The position numbers and the translations under genes are program-made. From a virus: a stretch of DNA of 64,000 nucleotides. Numbering within the stretch: position 1 is the stretch's first letter; each line of letters opens with the position of its first letter. Below the pieces are notes generated by a model. It searched no databases, was not told the DNA's origin, and was given only the letters and a program-made list of their open reading frames with translations. The stretch is from positions 1 through 64,000 of the IMG/VR virus record IMGVR_UViG_3300045970_000794. The stretch is one strand, 5' to 3'. This document shows positions 8,971-18,921 of this stretch, piece after piece.

Positions 8971-10503
8971 TTATCCAAGTAATTTTGTAAATATTTTTAT
9001 CTGAGAAAGTTTTTTATTTATATCCTCATTATATTTTATCCTAATTAATCTAATATTATTTTTTTTACAAAAATCTCGTTTTATTTTATCTCGCATTCGT
9101 TGTTTATAGTAATTAATTTCATCACCAAAACATTTAACATGCTGAAAATGTTGTACCCCATCATATTCAACACATAAATTAATGTCAGGTAAATAAAAAT
9201 CGAAAGGTAATTTATGTTTATTTCTACACCCATCAAATTTTTTTTGTGGAATATAATGAATCTTTTCTTTTTCTAAAAACAATCTAATTTTTGTTTCACC
9301 TCTACTTTCACAGCACTTTGGGCAACCCCCACCTTTCATATGTGAAGCGGGTGTCTGTCTGAATTCACCATGTTTAGGGCATATAATTGTAACTTTTCTG
9401 TCGTTTTTAAAATACTCAACTTTGGAATAATCGTATTTATTACTATGAACTTTTTTTGCATTATTTATAAATTCATCAGTTGTAAGACGAGATTTATAAC
9501 CATTTATTTCGGAACTGCATTTGGGACAACCAGCCCCTAACAAATGGCTTGTATATTCTTGTTCAAACCTACCATGTTTATGACATATGATGGGAATTTT
9601 AGTTTTAGTACCATCAAAATTAACTTCAGAATAATCATACTTATTACCGTGTTTTTTTTTTAGTTTGAAAATAATGTAATTCGTTTTATCGATAGCACTT
9701 CTAACTGTTAATTCATCACAAATTAAATGTGTTTCAAGTCGTTGATAATGTTCGAAACCATTTTCATCGATAATTATACCAACATCTTTTATACTTTTAT
9801 ATTCACCAAGTTTGGAATAATCATATTTATCACCATGCTTTGCTTTAGCCTCTCTAATATATTCTTCTATACCCCTACGACATTTATCAGCATTGATTTC
9901 AACAGCACATTTAGGACAAGCAGCTCCATGTAAATGTCCAGCTGGTACTTGTTCAAATTCACCATGCTTAGGGCATATAATGATTACTTTAGTTATAGAA
10001 TTAATATACTCAACTTTTGAATAATCATATCTATCACCATGCTTTATTTTAGCCTTTTCAATAAATCCTTCAACTTTATAAGTAGATTTTTTTGAATTGA
10101 TTTCAACAGCACATTTAGGACAACCATCACCTCTTAAATGGTTAGCAGCTTTTTGTTTAAATTCACCATGTTTAGGACATATAATTATTATCTTATTTGC
10201 AGTTCCAGTATACTCAACTTTGGAATAATCATATTTATTACCATGTTTTACTTTAATTTTTTTTAAAAAATCTTCTTCATTAAATAACTTTCTAGTTGAA
10301 CAATTTTCATTTGCACATTTAGAGCAACCACGACCTCGAAGATGTCCCATCGGCCTTTGTTCAAACTCACCATGTTTATGGCATATTATGATTATTTTAG
10401 TATAATTATTTATATAATTAACTTTAGAATAATCGTATTTATCGCCATGAAGTAATCTCGCTTTTTGGGTAAACGTTAGAATACTGTGTTTTTTAATTAC
10501 CAT
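8971..10503 (-). CDS. endonuclease-like protein: six Zn-ribbon repeats plus a PD-(D/E)XK domain
   Basis: Six copies (one degenerate) of HG.KYDYSKV.Y....IIC.KHGEF.Q....HL.G.GCPKC; the C-terminus has LPFDFYLPDINLCVEYDGVQHF. Confidence 0.7.
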   Translation of the reverse strand: MVIKKHSILTFTQKARLLHGDKYDYSKVNYINNYTKIIIICHKHGEFEQRPMGHLRGRGCSKCANENCSTRKLFNEEDFLKKIKVKHGNKYDYSKVEYTGTANKIIIICPKHGEFKQKAANHLRGDGCPKCAVEINSKKSTYKVEGFIEKAKIKHGDRYDYSKVEYINSITKVIIICPKHGEFEQVPAGHLHGAACPKCAVEINADKCRRGIEEYIREAKAKHGDKYDYSKLGEYKSIKDVGIIIDENGFEHYQRLETHLICDELTVRSAIDKTNYIIFKLKKKHGNKYDYSEVNFDGTKTKIPIICHKHGRFEQEYTSHLLGAGCPKCSSEINGYKSRLTTDEFINNAKKVHSNKYDYSKVEYFKNDRKVTIICPKHGEFRQTPASHMKGGGCPKCCESRGETKIRLFLEKEKIHYIPQKKFDGCRNKHKLPFDFYLPDINLCVEYDGVQHFQHVKCFGDEINYYKQRMRDKIKRDFCKKNNIRLIRIKYNEDINKKLSQIKIFTKLLG

Positions 10504-11067
10504 TTATTTATTAAGAATTAAATCAATTATTGTATCAATTGATACTGGCTTAAAATCCCAAACATCGACACCAACATTTATATTTTTACCATGTTTAACC
10601 CATTTTTCATGTATATGACCAGATAGAATCCAGTCATACTCGCTTAAATTGATAATACTCTTTACCTCAGCATCACGAAATGGGTCATTGGTTCCAGCTG
10701 GATAAACTGGTCGGTGATTCATTTTAAATTTATATCCACCATATTTAAAATCTAAATTTTGATGAATTTTAAAATCACAACCTTTAAGTTCCGAGTTTCT
10801 ATCGTGGTTACCTCTTATTAGGATTATTTCACCATTTAAACGTGGTAGATATTTGGCTATACCACCAAAAGCAAAATCACCTAAATGATATACTATGTCT
10901 TCTGGACCTACAGCTGAATTCCAATTTTCAATCAATGCATTATCCATTAAATATGCATTTTTAAACGGTCTGTTACAATATTTTATAATATTAGTATGAC
11001 CAAAATGAGTATCTGATGTCAGAAAAATTTTACTAACTATAGGTTTAACAATCATTTTTCGCATCAT
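10504..11067 (-). CDS. calcineurin-like metallophosphoesterase
   Basis: Motifs SDTHFGH, GDFAFG, GNHD and GHIH. Confidence 0.75.
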   Translation of the reverse strand: MMRKMIVKPIVSKIFLTSDTHFGHTNIIKYCNRPFKNAYLMDNALIENWNSAVGPEDIVYHLGDFAFGGIAKYLPRLNGEIILIRGNHDRNSELKGCDFKIHQNLDFKYGGYKFKMNHRPVYPAGTNDPFRDAEVKSIINLSEYDWILSGHIHEKWVKHGKNINVGVDVWDFKPVSIDTIIDLILNK

Positions 11068-11371
11068 TAAATTTTTCTAAATCTTCAACTTTAACCTTCA
11101 CAAAATCAACTATAACGACATCATCTATTTCAGCAAATATATGTTCATCAATATAATGTTTTGGGAATACTGATACAGTATAATTATTATTGAGGTCATC
11201 CCCCAATATTTCATAAGCTTTAAACTTATCCATTTCAACTAATGCGTATGAATCATCAGCTCCACGTCCAATACACATTAAATCGTAAGTTTTAGATTCT
11301 TCAAGTAAAAACCTATAACGTTTAGGTTCAACTTTAAAAAATTCTACTTTTGGTTTTTCATTATTCATCAT
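11045..11371 (-). CDS. hypothetical protein (108 aa)
   Basis: ORF track; overlapping gene chain. Confidence 0.55.
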   Translation of the reverse strand: MMNNEKPKVEFFKVEPKRYRFLLEESKTYDLMCIGRGADDSYALVEMDKFKAYEILGDDLNNNYTVSVFPKHYIDEHIFAEIDDVVIVDFVKVKVEDLEKFNDAKNDC

Positions 11372-12734
11372 CCCTTGAGGTGTTAAATTTAATTGTTGTT
11401 TTTTTACTTACTTGACTGGCATAAAATCCAGCATATGTTTCTTTTATTAAACAAATTGTATCAGTAATAGTCCAATCTTCTTCGTCTAATTTCATTTCAA
11501 TAATATTTTCAGCTAGATTAGCGATAAATGCACCAGTAACTTTAATAGCTTTACCTTTAAGTGCATCATAAATCTCTTTGATTTGGCATTCTTCGGGTAA
11601 ATACATCTTAGAAACAGCTTCAATTTGTGAATCTTCTAAGAATCCGAAATCAAGAATTAAGTTAAATCTACCTAGTCTTTCAGCTGCTCTATCCACCAAT
11701 CCTTTATCATTGGTTGATGCTAGTAAACTAACTTTACGTTTTTTAACTCCATCGAAAAATGATAAGAATTGACCTAATAGTTTAGTATAACTTCCTCTAT
11801 CTCTAGAACCAAGATATAAATCAATATCATCCAAAACAATAACACTTGGGTCAAAAATTTCACAAGCTTCTAAAATCTCAGTCAAATCTCTTGCATCATC
11901 AAATTCTGGAATAACAAATGTAACGAAAGGAATTAATTCGAACATTATTTTACGAATACTTTCAGTTTTACCAGTTCCTGGTTCACCATTGAACAAGTAT
12001 CTAACCACACTACCACGTTTTAAACGATTAACATAGTGTCCGATAAATTTAGTCTGGGTCTCATTAAGAATTAAATCTTTATTGAATTCAGCTGAATCCA
12101 AAATTTCGATACCTCTGAAAGAGCCTTCTAATACTTTAACTTTAATACATTTACCTTTATATTCGGAATGATTAAATGCAATCTTTTTAAGTATGTCAAA
12201 TAATATTTTGTACTCATCGTAAGTCATACCATCATTAACAGATAATGATAAACGATAAATCATTTGACCCCAACTGTCTTTAAACATTAATGTTTGAACG
12301 ATTACGTCTTGCTCAAATCCTTCTAATTTAACTCTAAACCACCATGGTGCTACGTGTGAGAATGACCCACCATAGAATAATGCATTGGTTTGAGAATCTA
12401 CTTGACCATAAGATTCGGTTTTAATACCAGCTAATCCTTCACTAAGACAGCTATAGAAAAATGAATTTAATATCGCAAATTCAACAACACTAATATTGTG
12501 GTTATTGACTTTTACTTTTTCATTTGCTTTTCTAGGTGATTCAACTGCAATATCATCATCATCAGAGTCACCATCACTTATGTAAATATCTTCACCGTCA
12601 GTTCTAACTTTGATTGATGATTTTATCTCTTTCAATATTCTAATGGCTTCACTAAAATCATTAGGAGTCTTCTCAATAGCTATATATTCGTTTTTCTTTT
12701 CCATATAATTGATATTATTTACCTTCAGCTTCAA
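11361..12734 (-). CDS. AAA+ ATPase
   Basis: Walker A GEPGTGKTES and Walker B VIVLDDIDL; acidic N-terminal region. Confidence 0.75.
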   Translation of the reverse strand: MKLKVNNINYMEKKNEYIAIEKTPNDFSEAIRILKEIKSSIKVRTDGEDIYISDGDSDDDDIAVESPRKANEKVKVNNHNISVVEFAILNSFFYSCLSEGLAGIKTESYGQVDSQTNALFYGGSFSHVAPWWFRVKLEGFEQDVIVQTLMFKDSWGQMIYRLSLSVNDGMTYDEYKILFDILKKIAFNHSEYKGKCIKVKVLEGSFRGIEILDSAEFNKDLILNETQTKFIGHYVNRLKRGSVVRYLFNGEPGTGKTESIRKIMFELIPFVTFVIPEFDDARDLTEILEACEIFDPSVIVLDDIDLYLGSRDRGSYTKLLGQFLSFFDGVKKRKVSLLASTNDKGLVDRAAERLGRFNLILDFGFLEDSQIEAVSKMYLPEECQIKEIYDALKGKAIKVTGAFIANLAENIIEMKLDEEDWTITDTICLIKETYAGFYASQVSKKTTIKFNTSRDDE

Positions 12735-13320
12735 GTTTAGCCTTTAATTGTTGTAACACATCTAAATCACCAAGAGTGGCTGATTTAGGTTTTTGAACTA
12801 CTTTGCGAAGTACTTCAGCTTTTTCTTTTTCACCCTCTGGTAATACTTCAGCCAGTTTATTAATAATTACATCATCACGCATTTGACGAAGAACCCAATT
12901 AATATGTTTATCACCAGCCAATATTTTATTTGTTAACCAACTGAAAAATTCATGGTATACTGGTAATGCTAAATAAGTGTCAGTTTTATCACCAGTAACA
13001 CCCATTTTTCTATTCTTTAAACCATCTTTAATTGCAGAATTTAAAGCTTTGAATGGCTTTTCTGGCTCAATCACCATTTGCTTCATGTTTTCCATGAAAG
13101 CTTTTTTGGTATCATCCGAATTAATAACTACGAATGCATCATTAACTGAGAATAATGGTTCATTTGTTATGGCACATCTAAATTTACCTTTGGGAGTTTC
13201 CCATACTTTTTCCACTTTACTTGTTGGGAAATAAGCCCTAATCATATGATTAATAAAGTTTCTAGAACCAGTACCATTGTACATATTATCTAATTTCTCA
13301 TGAATTTGTTCTGATGTCAT
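12715..13320 (-). CDS. hypothetical protein (201 aa)
   Basis: ORF track. Confidence 0.6.
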   Translation of the reverse strand: MTSEQIHEKLDNMYNGTGSRNFINHMIRAYFPTSKVEKVWETPKGKFRCAITNEPLFSVNDAFVVINSDDTKKAFMENMKQMVIEPEKPFKALNSAIKDGLKNRKMGVTGDKTDTYLALPVYHEFFSWLTNKILAGDKHINWVLRQMRDDVIINKLAEVLPEGEKEKAEVLRKVVQKPKSATLGDLDVLQQLKAKLEAEGK

Positions 13321-13335
13321 AAATTTTTACGTTGT

Positions 13336-13713
13336 TTAATTAATAAAATAGTATGTTAATAGCACTATTATAGTAACATGTAGTGTTTGGTCACCACCTA
13401 TAACCCTAATAAATTGCTTTAATTTGTTGTTTTTATAGTAATAAGCTGTTATTTTACTTGATATATAATCAATAATAAAATGAGTTAGTCCATTAAGTAG
13501 TATTAATAGTACTAAATTACCCCATGTGAATGCATTGGCGAATATATTATATACTGATACTAGTATACCTAGTGCTAATGTAAAAGAACTAACATGTGCT
13601 AGTAACCATAGCACTGAATTATGCTTATTCTCTGACATTTTTTTGGTTTGTAGCATATAATCAGTTAAATAGTTCAACCAAAGTACTACAATAAGAGTTG
13701 TTATGAGTAACAT
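13336..13713 (-). CDS. integral membrane protein (DUF3307-like pattern)
   Basis: Four hydrophobic segments; ...THFIIDYISSK... Confidence 0.5.
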   Translation of the reverse strand: MLLITTLIVVLWLNYLTDYMLQTKKMSENKHNSVLWLLAHVSSFTLALGILVSVYNIFANAFTWGNLVLLILLNGLTHFIIDYISSKITAYYYKNNKLKQFIRVIGGDQTLHVTIIVLLTYYFIN

Positions 13714-13745
13714 GTGCTATTTTTATTTTAAAACACTAAATTAAG

Positions 13746-14242
13746 TTATTTTTTTGAAAATTTCAAGCTTTTTCTAACATATTTTTGGAATTGAAAGATA
13801 ATTCCATACTCTTTTTTAGGTGATGATGACCCAATAAGTTGCCATTCACTTGGAATTAAACCTTTTAATGTTATATCACCATCAATTTTTGTTAAAATTC
13901 TAGTAACTTCTAATTGATTTACCAATGGAAATGCTTGTTCATAGATTTCACCACCACCAATTATGTAAATTTCTTCATTAGTTGCCATAGAAATTGCTTC
14001 TAATAAGCTAGAAGCTTTCAAACAACCATCAAATGTTATATCTTGTCTGGAAATTACTATATTTTCCCTATTAGGCAATGCATGGCCTATGCTTTCAAAG
14101 CATTTTCTACCCATAATAACAGTGTTATTAGTGGTTAATTCTTTAAAATGAGCTAAATCTGAGGGTAAATACCATGGTAGGGTACCATTTTACCTATAAT
14201 ACCGTCTTTAGATACGGCAACTATTAATATTATATTATTCAT
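13746..14242 (-). pseudogene. folA: dihydrofolate reductase interrupted by a 1-nt frameshift
   Basis: ATG 14242 forms an ATGA overlap with the upstream gene and gives MNNIILIVAVSKDGIIGK. One more A in the run at 14188-14191 would give ...NGTLPWYLPSDLAHFKELTTNNTVIMGRKCFESIG..., joining ORF 13746..14114. Confidence 0.75.
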
Positions 14243-14538
14243 CGCAATACCTTTTTAACTTTTTTCTGTTGTTTCTTAACCCAATCAACGAATTTACGCA
14301 CTTCTTGATTAGACATTAACTTTGCTTTAGTATTATAATCTCTACCCATAACCTTTTCATCTGGAATAGACTTATGAATCGCTGGATGACAGTCCCCGCA
14401 AAGATTAAGCTTGCGGGTTTTCATATCATCTAGTGTAAAATTAGCCCTAAACCATTTATTTTTATGGTTGGTTCTAGGAATCAAATGATGTTCAGTCAAT
14501 TCTAACTCCCTTTCGCATAACTCACAAATACCTAACAT
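14239..14538 (-). CDS. small HNH endonuclease
   Basis: CELCE...EHHLIPR...CGDCHPAIH. Confidence 0.7.
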   Translation of the reverse strand: MLGICELCERELELTEHHLIPRTNHKNKWFRANFTLDDMKTRKLNLCGDCHPAIHKSIPDEKVMGRDYNTKAKLMSNQEVRKFVDWVKKQQKKVKKVLR

Positions 14539-14556
14539 ATAAAACTATTTTTTTTA

Positions 14557-14886
14557 TTACATTTGGTCCTTAATGACTTCAACAACATTGATATCAGTAG
14601 AACCACTTAAATTAATATCTGGAGCTTTTGGTAAATCAATTTTTTTACCCACTTCAGTTTTAAGTCTATACAATTGTTCGAACGTTACGATACCTAATAA
14701 TACCAATACAAACATCATATCATAAAATAATGCATCAATAGCATTAGCACTACCAATATACTTGTAATGAATATAAAGTATACAAATTACAGTTACAAAT
14801 GCAGTTAGTTTTCTGGCAGAATACCCACCAATTGCTGTGTTTAACGAGTTTAATAAATTATCTCGTATTTCTTTTAATTTTTTCAT
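14557..14886 (-). CDS. membrane protein (109 aa)
   Basis: Two transmembrane segments. A 37-codon ORF (about 14883..14996) ends in an ATGA overlap with its start. Confidence 0.55.
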   Translation of the reverse strand: MKKLKEIRDNLLNSLNTAIGGYSARKLTAFVTVICILYIHYKYIGSANAIDALFYDMMFVLVLLGIVTFEQLYRLKTEVGKKIDLPKAPDINLSGSTDINVVEVIKDQM

Positions 14887-15082
14887 ATTACCAAATCATT
14901 AGCATTTATTATTGTTCCAGTAAAAACCATGCCAGTCAATGATTTTCGAGTGAGTTCAACCACCTTATCCCATTCAACTACTGGCACCCAATACATCCTA
15001 AACTCCAACTTTTTTCATTATTTTCTTTCATATACTCTATTTAACTATAAATATATGAATATTAGTTGAAATAACTTAACAT

Positions 15083-15433
15083 TTATATTGGTAATTGGAT
15101 TTTATTTAATAAAAATTCTTTTTCAATAATTTTTGGGAGCTTCTTATCGCCTCTAGGTCTTTCAAATGACACTTTATCATACGTTTTACCCAACCCATTT
15201 TTATAGAGAAATCTAATTGCATTAATCACTTGATTTTGCTGAGATATAGAAGTGAACATGTAACTATCCAAATAATCTTGGAAATCACTAACCACCAATC
15301 TTGACGGTGATATATCTGATGTGTCATCTAAAAACTCAGAAATATAAAAAAGATATACTCTATTTGTATTCCCAGAATAATTAAAATACTTCAATTTTTG
15401 TTCACAAATTTCGTAATAATCAGTCTTTTTCAT
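15083..15433 (-). CDS. tyrosine-recombinase N-terminal SAM-like domain only (truncated integrase remnant)
   Basis: ...SGNTNRVYLFYISEFL...FQDYL...SISQQNQVINAIRFLY... The ORF stops where the catalytic domain should begin. Confidence 0.45.
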   Translation of the reverse strand: MKKTDYYEICEQKLKYFNYSGNTNRVYLFYISEFLDDTSDISPSRLVVSDFQDYLDSYMFTSISQQNQVINAIRFLYKNGLGKTYDKVSFERPRGDKKLPKIIEKEFLLNKIQLPI

Positions 15434-15500
15434 AATGAAATAAATTGATTTTCAATTAAATAAAAACACTTGTTGATATATAGTAGTTATGTGTAATATT

Positions 15501-15710
15501 TTAATTTCCCACCGCACCAGTTTCTCCAACAATCGGTGCATATGGTCGTTTGCCACATTCTATAATATTTTTTATTGTTGATTCACCTTTCACATCAATA
15601 ACTTTATCGACATTTTGTAACTCTTTTGCTTTTAACCAACCTCGTTCAGTCAATAAAAAATGTTCATCACTAAACAACCAATTTCTGTTTACTTCAATAA
15701 ATTTTTCCAT
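15501..15710 (-). CDS. hypothetical 69-aa ORF inside an inverted-repeat hairpin
   Basis: ORF track. Flanked by inverted repeats 15486-15507 / 15749-15771 and by direct copies of GTGCG(G)TGGGAAAT. Confidence 0.35.
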   Translation of the reverse strand: MEKFIEVNRNWLFSDEHFLLTERGWLKAKELQNVDKVIDVKGESTIKNIIECGKRPYAPIVGETGAVGN

Positions 15711-15940
15711 TTTATTTTATTTTTAAATTAATATTTCCCACGCACAAAAAATTAAAATACATACACATAACAACAAATATATATAAGTTTTTATTAAGTT
15801 ATACGTAAATTTTAAGCATTTGTTACAAAAACCTACATATATTTGCAACCGTTATGCTCCATGCCTTAGTTCTGTTCTTCGATTTAACATTTGTGATGAA
15901 AAACAAAAAGAATTTTCCCAACGCACAAAGATAATAAAAA

Positions 15941-16568
15941 TCATTCAATTAAACTAATATTTTCACTTGGTATTTTATCAATATCTTGTATATAATAGTG
16001 TCCTTTATATGCTGATGTTGTATCTTTATATAATTTAAAATCTAATCCGTTTGTATTTATTTCTATTATTGAATACTCTGATTTACCTTTCCACCTCATT
16101 AGTTCTTTTGATAATGGTTCTAATGTACCAACATTATCTGAAACATATATTCTTGGTGGAAATTTATGTCTTAAATCTTCTGATTTTGGTTTTAAACCAT
16201 TTGATAAAATATTTTCAACATTTGATGTTGGTGTAAATATGATAAAGTTTTTCTGGAATTGTTGTTTCAGCTTCTTTAATATATTTCTGTGTAATTGTAA
16301 AACTTTTATTACTACCACGTTCTAAATACCAATTATTATCATCAAGTAATTTTTTCAAATCATCTAAATATTTTACATCTGTTAATATTAAATCAATACT
16401 ATGTAAAAAATGTCCACTCGGTCTATCCACATATTTTATATAAGATAATGTTTTCAATTTTTCAAACATATCATAATTTGTTGCAGAATAATTGTTATCA
16501 ACTTGTTCATTCACAAACTGCTTAAAGTTTTTAACTTTATCAATCATTTTACGTATATCCTCACTCAT
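15941..16568 (-). pseudogene. frameshifted ~209-aa ORF; the C-terminal half resembles the Tpt1/KptA ADP-ribosyltransferase-fold lobe (tentative)
   Basis: ORFs 16215..16568 and 15941..16318 join as ...IPEKLYH|FTPTSNVENILSNGLKPKS...PPRIYVS... if one nt near 16235-16241 is skipped. Compare KptA LYHGT....GL....R.YVHLS. Confidence 0.35.
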
Positions 16569-16780
16569 AGTTTTTACTTTATATATAAATATTCAGATTT
16601 AAAATTTCCACCCTAAAATTCTTTTTGTTTTTCTTTCGTGTTTCAAATCAACAGTTGTGGTTAATAAGTCGGCACGAGAGCATAACAAGGTGTATAAGAA
16701 AGTTTGCTATCAGCAGGTTGTGATAATTTGAAAATTAGTTTAAGCAAACCTTCTCATACACCCAACCGTTATAAGTAATG

Positions 16781-17011
16781 CTAAATGCACATCGCACAGC
16801 CTGTCAGTCCACAATCATCACATTGTTTACAACACCAATATTGTGCTTCATCATCATCTTCATCTATCTCCATTTGTCCTAAATTTTCCGACCCACACGC
16901 ACCACATATTTTAGCACCACATTTGCAACTTATCCAACAGCAGTTTGATGTTGTTTTGTGATGTAATTCTCCACATTTTGAGCATTTTACCATTTCATCT
17001 TTTGTTCCCAT
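16781..17011 (-). CDS. Cys-rich small protein (76 aa, 19 Cys)
   Basis: MGTKDEMVKCSKCGELHH...CCKQCDDCGLTGCAMCI, preceded by a ~150-nt leader downstream of a TATCTTTG box near 17170. Confidence 0.5.
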   Translation of the reverse strand: MGTKDEMVKCSKCGELHHKTTSNCCWISCKCGAKICGACGSENLGQMEIDEDDDEAQYWCCKQCDDCGLTGCAMCI

Positions 17012-17258
17012 TTTGCTTTGATTTAAAAGCACATACGCCTAACAATCTGTATAGTTAATGGCGGTTTTGTGCGTGGTTTAACATTTATTTTATCTATTTA
17101 ATTTGTTCAAGTTTGATATGTTCGTGGTTTCTAATCCCCAACTAACCATACCACCATCGTTAATTAATTACAAAGATAGTACTTATTTTTTAAATATCCA
17201 AATAATTCCATTTATTTTTATAAATAAGTGAATATATTTATAATAAACACATACAATC

Positions 17259-17390
17259 ATGGAAAATACTACCAAAATTAACATCACCATTTCACCAGAA
17301 ATTTTAACAAAGATTAAGGAAGGTAATTATAATCGTAACGCTTTGTTAGTTAGTCTATTAAAGAAACATGTTGCAAAACAGATAAAATAA
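17259..17390 (+). CDS. ribbon-helix-helix small protein (43 aa)
   Basis: MENTTKINITISPEILTKIKEG...; the TATTTATAATAAA motif lies upstream. Confidence 0.5.
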   Translation: MENTTKINITISPEILTKIKEGNYNRNALLVSLLKKHVAKQIK

Positions 17391-17449
17391 TTTACGGTTT
17401 TATGACCGTTTTTAGATTATCGTGATATTTATAATAAACAACATTTATT

Positions 17450-17605
17450 ATGAGTAGAAACAAAGTGAAAGTAGAAGACCAAAAGCAAACGATTAGTGTT
17501 AGAATACCTAATGAGTTGATAGGTCATTTAGAAGGAATTAAGAACAAATCCAAGTTCTTTGAGTGGTTATTAGAAGAACACTTCAATAGTTTAAAAACCA
17601 AATAA
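17450..17605 (+). CDS. ribbon-helix-helix small protein (51 aa)
   Basis: ...KQTISVRIPNELIGHLEGIKNKSKFFEWLLEEH...; same upstream motif. Confidence 0.5.
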   Translation: MSRNKVKVEDQKQTISVRIPNELIGHLEGIKNKSKFFEWLLEEHFNSLKTK

Positions 17606-17607
17606 CT

Positions 17608-18255
17608 ATGGACTTCAATGGTGTAATATACAAATACGTATTTGAGAATGGAAAATGCTATGTTGGTCAAACTAATAATCTAGTTAGACGAATAAACTAT
17701 TACCGTAATCACTACAAAACAAATCCTTATCCATTCCTTAGAGCATTAAATAAATATGGTTTTGATGAAACTAAATTTGAAATAATCGCTACCGCTAATA
17801 CTCGTAGTGATTTAAACATATTGGAAATTGAGTTGATAAAATCATATGATTCAACAAACAAAGAAAAAGGATATAATTTATCAACTGGCGGTGGTGGATT
17901 AAGTGGGTTGAAACATACTAAAAAATATAAGGACAAAATGTCTAAAATGTATATGGGTGAAAGTAACCCTTTCTTTGGTAAATCGCATACTAAAGAATCA
18001 TTGGTTAAAATGTCTGAAGCAGCTAAAAAATTACCACCAGTTTGGTTAGGTAAATCGCACACTGATGATTATAAAATTAACATGAGTAAAAACCATTCAC
18101 AATCTCGTAAAATTGTTTGTTGTGAAACAAATGAAGAATTTCATAGTATCAGAGAATGCGCTAAACAAATGAAATTAAATGCTGGGTCAATTGGTAAAGT
18201 GTTAAGCGGTGAGTATTCTCACCACCATAACTTTACGTTTAAATATATTGATTAA
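17608..18255 (+). CDS. GIY-YIG homing endonuclease (I-TevI-like with NUMOD3 repeats)
   Basis: GVIYKYVFENGKCYVGQT...YNLSTGG, plus repeated NPFFGKSHT / GKSHT motifs. Confidence 0.8.
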   Translation: MDFNGVIYKYVFENGKCYVGQTNNLVRRINYYRNHYKTNPYPFLRALNKYGFDETKFEIIATANTRSDLNILEIELIKSYDSTNKEKGYNLSTGGGGLSGLKHTKKYKDKMSKMYMGESNPFFGKSHTKESLVKMSEAAKKLPPVWLGKSHTDDYKINMSKNHSQSRKIVCCETNEEFHSIRECAKQMKLNAGSIGKVLSGEYSHHHNFTFKYID

Positions 18256-18869
18256 GCCAAGTCAGAACCACTGATAATAGTACCCGTAAAAACTTTTGAT
18301 TGACCACCAGCAATTGCTTGTCTTGTTAAACTTATAACTTTCAACCACTCTATCATAGGTGCCCCAAAGCAACCCAACGACCAATTATCGACAGTAAACG
18401 CCATAATATCTCGTTTATCACCAACATTACTCATCTTATGCCAATGGGTACCAAATAATCTATCATCTTGTTCATTAACGTAATCAATTTCAGTGTCCAT
18501 ATCACCATCACGATAATAATCAATTACTTTTATCTGACGGAAGTATGGGTAATGACTGAATTCATCAATAGTATCCCTAAATTCCCAAGAACCACGATAT
18601 TGACCTTCTTTAATAACGGCCGTTCCCTTAACACCAGCAACAGTTACTGGGTTGAATAAACTACCTCTAAGACCTGGTTTAGTGGTACATTTAACTGCCA
18701 ACACTTTTTCAATGCCATTCTCTTTATATGCGATGAATAAATCATCTGTGAAGTGGTTCGATGCGTGTAAATCGTTACGAACCCATATGAAATTAAGATT
18801 AAAATTTCCTTTGTCAAAGAACACGTAACCTTTTGTTTCTAAAGCTTGTTTTAATTTTTGATATTCCAT
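18252..18869 (-). CDS. hypothetical protein; weak resemblance to phage cell-wall hydrolase families
   Basis: Pattern NLNFIWVRN...TTKPG...GQYRGSW...HWH...SLGCFG; assignment not secure. Confidence 0.5.
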   Translation of the reverse strand: MEYQKLKQALETKGYVFFDKGNFNLNFIWVRNDLHASNHFTDDLFIAYKENGIEKVLAVKCTTKPGLRGSLFNPVTVAGVKGTAVIKEGQYRGSWEFRDTIDEFSHYPYFRQIKVIDYYRDGDMDTEIDYVNEQDDRLFGTHWHKMSNVGDKRDIMAFTVDNWSLGCFGAPMIEWLKVISLTRQAIAGGQSKVFTGTIISGSDLA

Positions 18870-18921
18870 GATACAATAAATAAATCTTTTGTTATTTATT
18901 TATAAATATCATTGAATTTAA

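Noticed and set aside
15083-15433. Integrase as evidence of a prophage or integrative element boundary.
   Set aside because: Only the N-terminal SAM-like domain is present, and no catalytic domain exists in any frame downstream. It was treated as a remnant.
15501-15710. Hint/intein-like wording (FLLTERGWLKAKEL..DKVID) in the 69-aa ORF.
   Set aside because: The similarity is too short and weak, and no extein context or splicing-junction residues are present.
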